From positions 1 through 46,353 of the IMG/VR virus record IMGVR_UViG_3300032035_000006: DNA of 46,353 nt; one strand, given 5' to 3'. Below are positions 29,021 to 36,009 of the stretch, in pieces. The DNA comes from a virus. Taxonomy: Duplodnaviria; Caudoviricetes. A model generated the notes under the pieces. It made no database searches, was not told where the DNA came from, and was given only the letters and a program-made list of their open reading frames with translations. The translations under genes and the position numbers were made by a program. Every line of letters starts with the position of its first letter. The stretch's first letter is position 1.

Positions 29021-29133
29021 CGAGAGGGAGATGCGGGTTCAAGTCCTGCCCTGCCAGTAAGAAGCCCCGTTTAGTGTCCGGTCGGCGCGAGGGGTTCTGG
29101 CAGGTAGCTCAGCCGGATAGAGCACCCTCATAA
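29021..29133 (+). ncRNA. Circularly permuted tRNA-like element (YrlA-like topology)
   Basis: 3' half GAGGG-AGAT-GCGGG TTCAAGT CCTGC-CCTGCCA precedes 5' half TGGCAGG-TA-GCTC..GAGC-A-CCCTC; linker forms a hairpin closing the acceptor end. Confidence 0.85.
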
Positions 29134-29205
29134 CGGGAAATCGCGTAAGGGTCAGCGCGCCTGCTTTGGGAGCAGGCAGATGGGGTTCGAGTCCCTGTTT
29201 CCCGA
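29134..29205 (+). tRNA. tRNA-Pro(TGG)
   Basis: CGGGAAA/TTTCCCG, CCTGC-TTTGGGA-GCAGG. Confidence 0.88.
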
Positions 29206-29270
29206 CTGCGGGGAGGAACCCCTGGCACGGGTCGCGGAGCGGGGTCTCCGTCCGGCCGCCTCCCCCCTAT

Positions 29271-29330
29271 GGCTCTCTAGCTGAGACGGATTAGCGCCGG
29301 ATTGAAGCCCCGGGCTAGGCAGGATCGTTA
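29271..29330 (+). pseudogene. tRNA-Phe(GAA) truncated after the T loop
   Basis: GGCTCTC-TA-D arm-CCGGA TTGAAGC CCCGG-GCAGG ATCGTTA; 3' T-stem and acceptor strands absent. Confidence 0.7.
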
Positions 29331-29545
29331 GCAGCTGGGTAAGGGTGAAACGGCGGTGTAAGAGACCACCAGCAGGCCGGGTGACCGGCCTGGCTAGGTA
29401 AACCCCACCCGGAGCAAGACCGCAAGGCCGAGGGCGGCCCGCCCGCTGACGCCTGGTAGGTCGCACGAGCCAGGCGGCGACGTCTGGCCTAGATGGATGG
29501 CCGTCACCCCGCGAGGGGGACAGAACCCGGCCTACAGGCCGGCTC
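29331..29545 (+). ncRNA. rnpB: RNase P RNA (type A, actinobacterial), 3' half only
   Basis: GGTAAGGGTGAAACGGCGGTGTAAGAGACCACCAG, GGTAAACCCCACCCGGAGCAAG, CTAGATGGATGGCCGTC, GACAGAACCCGGCCTAC; 5' GAGGAAxGTCCGGG segment missing. Confidence 0.9.
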
Positions 29546-29682
29546 AAAGCTGTATGCTGCTCGCGCCTGGCGCTGGTCCCGATCAGCCGACCCCCAAGTT
29601 TGCTCCAGGGGCTGGCGCCAGGTTTTCCCGCCTCCGGGCGGATGTGCGGTATAAGTCCTGGCTGCTCAGGCCAGGCATCCAT

Positions 29683-29755
29683 GTGACCGTAGTGTCTAGC
29701 GGTAGCACGCGACTTTGCCAAGGTTGCAGCGCGAGTTCGAATCTCGTCGGTCACT
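29683..29755 (+). tRNA. tRNA-Gly(GCC)
   Basis: GTGACCG/CGGTCAC, loop TTGCCAA, U73. Confidence 0.9.
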
Positions 29756-29775
29756 CGGAGGAACAGGCCCCTTGC

Positions 29776-30183
29776 TCAGTTGCCCACCCCGGCGCAGTAG
29801 GTGACGAAGTACGTCGTGGAATTACCCCGGGTGTCGCACTTCAGGGAGCCGTACCAGATCGCGGCGTACACGTCCTCGCGCATCCAGTACGACCGGCCGC
29901 CAGCGGTGAAGTTGACCCCGGCCTGCGCGTGGTTCGTGTTGTTCCCGACCGTCCCGCACCAGGTGACGTGCGCGCCGTTGTATGCCGGGCAGTGCACGTA
30001 GCCGGACTTGATGCTGATCAGTATGGTGGAGTGAGCCGCGTTGAACTGGACGAACGCGCTCGCTGGAGCGCTGTAGGCTTCTGCGCCGTAGTACTGGTAC
30101 GTGCCGGCGGAGGCCGGGGAAGCGGCCAGGGCCAGCCCGGCAGCCAGCGCCAGGGCGGCGATGATGCGACGGGTAATCCCCAT
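29776..30183 (-). CDS. Secreted protein with signal peptide
   Basis: MGITRRIIAALALAAGLALAASPASA; SD AGGGAG; four Cys. Confidence 0.75.
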   Translation of the reverse strand: MGITRRIIAALALAAGLALAASPASAGTYQYYGAEAYSAPASAFVQFNAAHSTILISIKSGYVHCPAYNGAHVTWCGTVGNNTNHAQAGVNFTAGGRSYWMREDVYAAIWYGSLKCDTRGNSTTYFVTYCAGVGN

Positions 30184-30247
30184 GTCACTCCCTGCGTGCG
30201 ATTACCGGCAGGATAACCCCGGTAGCGGGGTGTGTGAAGTGCTCAAT

Positions 30248-30325
30248 GTCCGAGTAGCCCAACTGGCAGGAGGCATGCGGCTCAGACCCGTAGATGTGTG
30301 GGTTCGAATCCCACCTTGGACACCA
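30248..30325 (+). tRNA. tRNA-Leu(CAG), short variable loop
   Basis: TGCGG-CTCAGAC-CCGTA, CCA encoded. Confidence 0.9.
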
Positions 30326-30326
30326 T

Positions 30327-30416
30327 GGAGCTGTGGCCTGGAGTGGCTGCACAGGAGCCGGTTGCTAACCGGCCGACGCGAGACGTCCGCGGGTTCGAAT
30401 CCCGCCAGCTCCTCCA
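30327..30416 (+). tRNA. tRNA-Ser(GCT)
   Basis: Long variable arm, GCCGG-TTGCTAA-CCGGC, CCA. Confidence 0.92.
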
Positions 30417-30417
30417 T

Positions 30418-30504
30418 GGAGGGTTCGCCTAGTCAGGCCTATGGCGCCTGCCCGGAAAGCAGGTTGGGCGTCAGCCCTCGGGGGTTCGAATCCCTCACCC
30501 TCCG
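30418..30504 (+). tRNA. tRNA-Ser(GGA), C33
   Basis: CCTGC-CCGGAAA-GCAGG, long variable arm. Confidence 0.9.
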
Positions 30505-30839
30505 CTCAGGTTGGCCGGGGCGGTCCAGCCTGCCTCGCAGCTGAAGATGCCGGTCGAGTTGTACATCACGATGTCGCCCAGGCGGCGCGCCTGGCCCGGG
30601 TGGGCGAACGCGTAGCAGGCCTGGAACCACTCGCGGAACTGCCAGTCGCTGGCCAGGGCAATGGCGTCGGCGCCGTGGCCGGTGGCCTTCTCGATCAGCG
30701 CGCTGCCGTCTGGCAGGCCCGTCTCCGTGGCCATCTGGTCGAAGCCCCTGGCCAGGTAGACGGCCTTCCCCTCGGCCCAGTGCCCGGCTGTCTGCACTCG
30801 GTAGGGGCTGCCGCTCGCGTCGAAGTCGTTTCCTGGCAT
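30495..30839 (-). CDS. Hypothetical protein
   Basis: GC3-biased minus-strand ORF filling the gap between tRNAs. Confidence 0.55.
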   Translation of the reverse strand: MPGNDFDASGSPYRVQTAGHWAEGKAVYLARGFDQMATETGLPDGSALIEKATGHGADAIALASDWQFREWFQACYAFAHPGQARRLGDIVMYNSTGIFSCEAGWTAPANLSGG

Positions 30840-30944
30840 CGCGCATGACGCTAGCACTTGCCGCGGCAGTTGCACAGACTCCCTGCGCACGGTTGACTCT
30901 GCCGCGTTACCTGGGTTACGCGATTACCGCCTGGCCGCAATCCT

Positions 30945-31029
30945 GGAGCTGTCGCCTAGTGGCTTATGGCCGCCGTCCCGAAAACGGCCGAGGGTAACTC
31001 CTCCGTGGGTTCGAATCCCGTCGTCTCCG
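30945..31029 (+). tRNA. tRNA-Ser(CGA), C33
   Basis: GCCGT-CCCGAAA-ACGGC, long variable arm, one acceptor mismatch. Confidence 0.82.
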
Positions 31030-31161
31030 CTAGCCGATCTTGGCCCGGCGTATGCGCTCTTTGCGCTCGAAGTTGCCGAGGTTGTTGAAGCCCCACCAGC
31101 GGCCGATCCGCAAGCCTATGAACAGGCCCACTATCAGGCCCACGATCAGAGCACCAGCCAT
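31030..31161 (-). CDS. Small membrane protein (43 aa)
   Basis: MAGALIVGLIVGLFIGLRIGRWWGFNNLGNFERKERIRRAKIG. Confidence 0.55.
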   Translation of the reverse strand: MAGALIVGLIVGLFIGLRIGRWWGFNNLGNFERKERIRRAKIG

Positions 31162-31199
31162 GGCACGGATGGTAACCCGCGCCTGGCCATTTGTAACTA

Positions 31200-31273
31200 G
31201 GTCGCATAGCTCAGCCAGGGAGAGCGCCTGCTCGACAAGCAGGAGTGCGCTGGTTCAAACCCAGCTGTGACCA
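31200..31273 (+). tRNA. tRNA-Val(GAC), C33
   Basis: CCTGC-TCGACAA-GCAGG. Confidence 0.9.
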
Positions 31274-31274
31274 C

Positions 31275-31347
31275 GCCTCTTTAGCTCAACGGACAGAGCG
31301 GCCGGCTACGAACCGGTCAGATGTGAGTTCGAATCTCGCAGGGGGCA
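31275..31347 (+). tRNA. tRNA-Arg(ACG)
   Basis: GCCGG-CTACGAA-CCGGT. Confidence 0.92.
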
Positions 31348-31351
31348 CTCA

Positions 31352-31425
31352 GGGCGATTAGCTCAGCGGCAGAGCGGCTGGTCCACACCCAGTGCCGTGC
31401 ACAGGTTCGAGTCCTGTATTGCCCA
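31352..31425 (+). tRNA. tRNA-Val(CAC), C33
   Basis: GCTGG-TCCACAC-CCAGT. Confidence 0.88.
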
Positions 31426-31429
31426 CTAT

Positions 31430-31505
31430 GGTGGCCGAGTTCGAGAGGCGAGGAGCCGGGCTGTGAATCCGGTTGGAGAGGGGTCGGTACCCTCCGGTCA
31501 CCCCA
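31430..31505 (+). tRNA. tRNA-His(GTG), noncanonical T loop
   Basis: G-1/C73, CCGGG-CTGTGAA-TCCGG, T loop GTCGGTA, CCA. Confidence 0.82.
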
Positions 31506-31506
31506 A

Positions 31507-31588
31507 GGCGGAAGTGAGCGCCGGCGCGCTCAGCGGTCTGTAAAACCGTCGCTTTCGGGCATGCCAGGGTCGGCACCTGGTTCCGCCA
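31507..31588 (+). tRNA. tRNA-Tyr(GTA), noncanonical T loop
   Basis: GCGGT-CTGTAAA-ACCGT, long variable arm, T loop GTCGGCA. Confidence 0.82.
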
Positions 31589-31735
31589 CTCTTTGCACCG
31601 CGGTCGTGACCGGCCCGTGCCGATGCCAGCAAACCGGACCTCGGACTCGGTAACCCATCAGAGCGCCTGATGACGAGGGTCACGCTCCGCGGCGCCGCTC
31701 AGCACGTTAGCAGTGTGTGACAGCAATGTCACTAA

Positions 31736-31806
31736 GCGCCTGTCGTTCAATGGACAGGATGGCGGCCCCGAAGCCGTTGATGGAGGTTCGACTCCTCTCA
31801 GGCGCA
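31736..31806 (+). tRNA. tRNA-Arg(CCG)-like, 6-nt anticodon loop
   Basis: GCGCCTG/CAGGCGC, GCGGC-CCCGAA-GCCGT. Confidence 0.7.
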
Positions 31807-31810
31807 CTAT

Positions 31811-31886
31811 GAGGCACATCTCGCCGGCGCGGGATGCGGTCCGCAAAACCGCAGCAAGCCGGGTTCGACTCCCGGGTGTCTCTCCA
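31811..31886 (+). tRNA. tRNA-Cys(GCA), C33
   Basis: GCGGT-CCGCAAA-ACCGC, U73, CCA. Confidence 0.85.
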
Positions 31887-31887
31887 T

Positions 31888-31963
31888 GACCCCGTGGTCC
31901 AGTGGACGAGGACGACGCCCTCCTAAGGCGTAAGCGCGCGTTCGAGTCGCGCCGGGGCCGCCA
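31888..31963 (+). tRNA. tRNA-Arg(CCT)
   Basis: ACGCC-CTCCTAA-GGCGT, CCA. Confidence 0.9.
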
Positions 31964-31972
31964 GATAAGCGA

Positions 31973-31996
31973 CCGCGCCCGCTGCGACGGGCGCGG
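31973..31996. terminator. GC-rich hairpin between convergent units
   Basis: CCGCGCCCG-ctgcga-CGGGCGCGG. Confidence 0.55.
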
Positions 31997-32014
31997 CCTG
32001 TGCGGGATGCCGGG

Positions 32015-32758
32015 TCAGGCGCCGGGGACGGAGAACATCTCGGCCGCAGCCGCGCCCGGGTTCACCGTGACGGCGACCGGCGCGGGGTCCGCGATCGGCG
32101 TGGCGCCGTCCGGGCCGAGCAGCGGGCTGCCGTCTGCCGCGGTGGAGGCAACGCTCAGGTTGGCCGAGCCCGCGGCGACCGCGGAGAGCGGGAACTGGAT
32201 GTTGGCGATGCCGGTGGTCGCGTCGGCGCCGGCTACGGCGGCCCCGACGCCCAGGATGGCGGTGTTGTCAGACGTGGCAGTTGACAGCGTGCCTTCCGGG
32301 GGCGCTACCGGGTCCCCGTGGTCGTCCGTGAACGAGAGCACGGCTACGGCGTTGGTCGAGTCGACGGTCAGGGGCATGGGGTCTCCTTCGATAGTGATGG
32401 CAACTGAGGCGGCGGGGGCTCTCACGGCCCAGGCCGTTAGCGGCTTGGCCAGGGCAATGAGCTGGGCTGCATCGAGCGGGCCTTCCCCCTCGTGCATCAC
32501 GCTCGCGGCCACGAGCGCCACGGCCCTGGCTACCTGGGCGCCCAGGTGGGCGGCAGGCGGCGCGGGCGGGACGGGCGCGGGTGGCGGGGAGTCCGTGACC
32601 CAGGCTGACCAGGCGGCAGCCGTTTCGAGCACCTGGCTGGCGTCGACGTCACGTCCGGCCCAGAACTGCGCCGCGGCGACCATGGCCGCCTGGCGCACGC
32701 CGACAATGTCCGGGGCTGGCTGAGCGGGTTCCACGACTGGTATATCGGCTGCGGCCAC
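32015..32758 (-). CDS. Hypothetical protein with beta-rich (Ig-like?) C-terminal region
   Basis: GTG 8 nt after TACGCT; possible internal start (GAAGGAG..ATG at 32377). Confidence 0.6.
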   Translation of the reverse strand: MAAADIPVVEPAQPAPDIVGVRQAAMVAAAQFWAGRDVDASQVLETAAAWSAWVTDSPPPAPVPPAPPAAHLGAQVARAVALVAASVMHEGEGPLDAAQLIALAKPLTAWAVRAPAASVAITIEGDPMPLTVDSTNAVAVLSFTDDHGDPVAPPEGTLSTATSDNTAILGVGAAVAGADATTGIANIQFPLSAVAAGSANLSVASTAADGSPLLGPDGATPIADPAPVAVTVNPGAAAAEMFSVPGA

Positions 32759-32808
32759 GAGGCAGCAGCGTAGAGCAGCCAGGTGTCCGGTGCAGGGCGA
32801 ACGGGTAA

Positions 32809-33321
32809 TCACGTCCCGCCTGATCCGGTGAACGTTTCCGGGCTGCTCGGCGGCGGGCTGGCCGGGGTGGTGACCAGGCTCGGCGGCGGTGATGCCGTCG
32901 GTGATGCCGTCGGCGGGCCGGACGATGCCGGGGGGTTCGGCGTCAGACTGGGCGAGGGTGTCGTTTTTTCCGGGCTGGGGCCCGGCGCCCGCGGCGACGG
33001 GACCGGGCTGTACGTGGTCCCGGGCGGCGCGGGGAGCGGGCTGTAGGCGGCCGACGGGGCCGGGGTGGCTATCACCGGGGCGACCGACGCCGCGGGCCTG
33101 TGCGTGGCCCTGGAGGCCGTGTGCAGCGGCCCGGGGTACTTGCCCGGCCCGGGCGAGGCCTTGGCGGGCGGCGCCGGGGTGTTGCCGGACCGCGCAACAT
33201 AGGTGAATGCCCCCGCCGCCAGCGCGGCCAGCAGTACGATAAGCATGGCCACGGCGGGCACGGGGTGCCTGCGGTACTCGTCCCAGAACCAGCGCACCAG
33301 CTGTACATCGGAAATGCTCAC
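32809..33321 (-). CDS. Membrane-anchored Pro/Ser/Thr-rich protein
   Basis: TM segment VAMLIVLLAALAAGAFTYVA then low-complexity tail. Confidence 0.6.
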   Translation of the reverse strand: MSISDVQLVRWFWDEYRRHPVPAVAMLIVLLAALAAGAFTYVARSGNTPAPPAKASPGPGKYPGPLHTASRATHRPAASVAPVIATPAPSAAYSPLPAPPGTTYSPVPSPRAPGPSPEKTTPSPSLTPNPPASSGPPTASPTASPPPSLVTTPASPPPSSPETFTGSGGT

Positions 33322-33333
33322 GCTGTGGTCGGT

Positions 33334-33363
33334 CTTGACCTGGGTCAAGTACAAGCGTAGATT
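33334..33363 (+). promoter_or_regulatory. Promoter with overlapping palindromic operator
   Basis: TTGACC-17-TAGATT; CTTGAC-CTGG-GTCAAG over the -35. Confidence 0.82.
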
Positions 33364-33406
33364 TAACTGCAGACAAGCACGACGAGAGCAGGGCAGGAGG
33401 CACCGC

Positions 33407-35572
33407 GTGGACATCGAGCAGCTGATCTTCAACCGGAAGCACCGCGTGACGCGGCCGGCCGGGCATCACGGCGACGGCACCGTGCAGGCCCGCCAGCTCG
33501 ACGCCGTGCTCATGACGCTGGGCTTCAAGTGCTCCGGCGGCCTGCTGGCCGCGCTCGGCGCGATGCACCCGGCCTACGTCATCGACAAGGCCGTCCAGGT
33601 CATCGGCTGGGCCCGCGAGCTGTCCGGGGCGCATCGCCAGCACAACACCTACTTCATCGACTTCCCGCGCAACGTCCCGGACACCGAGGAGTTCTGGATG
33701 AGCCTGATCGAGCAGGCCGTCCGGGAGCGCGTGGGAGTGCGCGGCGGCGTGGCGGTCAACTCGCTGACCAACGAGGCGCGGTTCTTCGTGGACCTGCTGA
33801 GCCTGCCGGGCTACGGCACCTACCAGCACAGCTACGAGGACATGCTGGCCCGGCACGACGAGCTGATCCCGCTGCTCGGTGACCGGGTGACCGTCATCCA
33901 CCTGGGCCAGGACCAGGTCACCGAGGCCGGGGCGCTGTACGCCGAGCTGGCCGGCTCGGCCGTGCCGCTGTCCGGCGAGAGCCTGGACGCGCTGCGCGAG
34001 CTGGCCGACGCGTGCACCGGCATGCCGGTGCCGGAGGTGAAGGTCGCCGAGAACCTGGCCGTCATCAACGCGGTCCGGGTCCGCCAGGGCGCCGCCCCGT
34101 CCGTCCGCACGGCGACCGACGTGCTGCGGCTGGCCGCCGAGCTGTCCGGCTCGGACGTCACGCTGGCCACGCCGCCGAAGTTCGCCTCGTTCCCGCGCGC
34201 CCAGCGGCGCCTGCTGGCCGCGGCGCTGCGGCACGTGGGCCGCAGCGACGTCCCGCAGCGGGCTGAGCAGTTCAAGCGGCTCGGCGAGCGCATCCACCCG
34301 CACGAGTACCCGGCCGCGGCCGAGGTGTTCGCGGTGGCCCGCGGCGAGGTGCAGGCGCGCAGCCTGGCGTCGGTGGCCGAGTACGAGTTCCGCTCGGGCC
34401 GGGCCGACCTGGCCGCGCGGGTGCTGCTGGCCGCGCCGGGCATGCTGTGGCGTGCCGCGGACCGGATTCTGCGCGAATCCCGGCCGGGCATGAGGGCGGA
34501 CGCGCTGTATCACCTGGAGGCCTCGGCCCCGCGGGTGTCCGGCCGGGTGCTGCTGGGCGTGCGCGAGCACCTGATGAACCGCGCCCGCAAGGGCGGCGCG
34601 CCGCGGGTGTTCGTCAACCGGCGCGGCCGGGCCTGGGTGACCGGCGACCCGCGCGTGCCGCTGGACGAGGGCGCCGTGCGCGACGTGCTGGGCGTCATCG
34701 ACGCCGAGGTGCTACGCCGGCTGCCGGACACCGGCACGCTGGTCATCGACCCGGCCATCGCCGGGGCCGCGCTGCCGCTCAGCGGCAAGGGCACCCCGGA
34801 CGGCCTGGGCGTGTGGCCGCGCGGCTCGGTCATCCCGGTGGGCGGTGACCTGCTCCGGTTCTTCGTGTACTGGAAGCAGCGCTCCCAGCGCACCGACTTC
34901 GACCTGTCCGCGCTGCTCACCGACGAGCAGTTCGGCAACATGTCGCACGTGAGCTGGACCAGCTACCACGCCGACGGCGCGGTCTACTCCGGCGACATCA
35001 CCGACGCCACCAACGGCGCCACCGAGTTCATCGACATCACGCTGGGCGTCCGGCGCGGCTACGTCATCCCGCAGGTGTACGTGTACTCCGGCGAGGGCTT
35101 CTCCGAGGTCGAGGAGAACTTCTTCGGCTTCATGACCCGCGAGGGCATGCAGGCCGGAGCCCCGTTCGAGGCGCGCACGGTGCGGATGAAGGGCGCGCTG
35201 GCCGGTGAGCACCGCACCGCCATGCCGCTGGTGTTCTACCGCGGCGAGGACGGCAAGTGGTACGCCAAGTGGGTGCACCTGTACCTGCGCGGTGCCCTCA
35301 ACTTCTTCGGCGGCGCCCAGGTCGAGGACAACAAGGTCACCACCGCTGGCCTGGCGCGCGGCATCATGGAGCGCGAGTACCTGCGGGTGGGCTACATCGC
35401 TGAGGCCCTCAAGGCCAAGGCCCAGTTCTTCATGGTGCCGCAGCTGTTCGCTGACGGCGGTGCCCCGGAGGGCTCGGAAGTGACCTACATCGGTATCGAG
35501 CAGCCGGAGGGGCTGCCGCGGGACGCCCGGGTGTTCACCCTGGAGAACCTGGGCAGCCTGGTCCCGGCTTAG
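33407..35572 (+). CDS. ROT/TROVE-like repeat protein with C-terminal TerD-like domain (SCO0854-like, RING-less)
   Basis: SD AGGAGG; YFIDFPRNVP, TATDVLRLAAELSGSD, FKRLGERIHPHEY, PGMLWRAADRIL; C-terminal FFVYWK..DFDLSA..YSGDITDA..GATEFIDI. Confidence 0.7.
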   Translation: MDIEQLIFNRKHRVTRPAGHHGDGTVQARQLDAVLMTLGFKCSGGLLAALGAMHPAYVIDKAVQVIGWARELSGAHRQHNTYFIDFPRNVPDTEEFWMSLIEQAVRERVGVRGGVAVNSLTNEARFFVDLLSLPGYGTYQHSYEDMLARHDELIPLLGDRVTVIHLGQDQVTEAGALYAELAGSAVPLSGESLDALRELADACTGMPVPEVKVAENLAVINAVRVRQGAAPSVRTATDVLRLAAELSGSDVTLATPPKFASFPRAQRRLLAAALRHVGRSDVPQRAEQFKRLGERIHPHEYPAAAEVFAVARGEVQARSLASVAEYEFRSGRADLAARVLLAAPGMLWRAADRILRESRPGMRADALYHLEASAPRVSGRVLLGVREHLMNRARKGGAPRVFVNRRGRAWVTGDPRVPLDEGAVRDVLGVIDAEVLRRLPDTGTLVIDPAIAGAALPLSGKGTPDGLGVWPRGSVIPVGGDLLRFFVYWKQRSQRTDFDLSALLTDEQFGNMSHVSWTSYHADGAVYSGDITDATNGATEFIDITLGVRRGYVIPQVYVYSGEGFSEVEENFFGFMTREGMQAGAPFEARTVRMKGALAGEHRTAMPLVFYRGEDGKWYAKWVHLYLRGALNFFGGAQVEDNKVTTAGLARGIMEREYLRVGYIAEALKAKAQFFMVPQLFADGGAPEGSEVTYIGIEQPEGLPRDARVFTLENLGSLVPA

Positions 35573-35597
35573 GATCGGGGCACGACCTACAACTGAA

Positions 35598-35673
35598 CAG
35601 GCCGGGGGGCTATGAGCGGGCTTCCTTCACCCCCTGATACGGAACCTAGCCCGTTCGCTCTCCCCCCGGCCTG
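35598..35673 (+). ncRNA. Structured RNA repeat unit 1
   Basis: 12-bp outer stem, CTAT/GCTCT internal loop, GAGCGGGCT/AGCCCGTTC, loop starts TCCTTC. Confidence 0.8.
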
Positions 35674-35689
35674 CCTCACACAACTGAAT

Positions 35690-35786
35690 GCCGGCGGCCA
35701 TCGGGACGCTTCCTTCCCTCTTATGCCTGCGGGGCCCTGCCCCGCGGACATAGCCAACCTGACTAGCATCCCGGCTCTCCGCTGGC
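35690..35786 (+). ncRNA. Structured RNA repeat unit 2
   Basis: GCCGGCGG/CCGCTGGC, CCAT/GCTCT, CGGGACGCT/AGCATCCCG, TCCTTC, internal hairpin. Confidence 0.8.
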
Positions 35787-35794
35787 CCGGCTTC

Positions 35795-35886
35795 GCGGGC
35801 GGCCATCGCCAGGCTTCCTCCACTCCAGGTTCAACTCCTGGAGACCTCACCGAGGTCTCTGCCTAGCCTGGCGGCCCCCCGCCCGC
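35795..35886 (+). ncRNA. Structured RNA repeat unit 3 with tRNA T-arm mimic
   Basis: GCGGGCGG/CCGCCCGC, CCAT/GCCCC, CGCCAGGCT/AGCCTGGCG; CCAGG-TTCAACT-CCTGG then GAGACCTC/GAGGTCTC hairpin. Confidence 0.8.
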
Positions 35887-35894
35887 TGACGTGG

Positions 35895-35997
35895 CCCCGC
35901 GGCCATCGGAGCGCTTCCTTTGTCGAGGCGCTGCTGAGGGTCGATACGGAGGGAGGTGAACAGGTTGTCCGAGGCGCTGCCTCTCTCGTGTGAGGGG
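35895..35997 (+). ncRNA. Degenerate repeat unit 4
   Basis: GCGG-CCAT-CGGAGCGCT-TCCTT 5' motif kept; 3' strand poorly paired. Confidence 0.5.
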
Positions 35998-36009
35998 AGG
36001 TGATGCCCC

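Noticed and set aside
29210-29220. GGGGAGGAA resembling the RNase P P4 lead-in
   Set aside because: Not followed by xGTCCGGG; it pairs locally with CCTCCCC
31655-31680. CTGATGA hammerhead core
   Set aside because: CTGATG is paired with CATCAG and there is no downstream GAAA core
35598-35997. CRISPR-like mini-array, given a Cas4-like gene in the window
   Set aside because: Units are not identical direct repeats; conservation is structural, and the Cas4-like gene is a typical stand-alone phage nuclease
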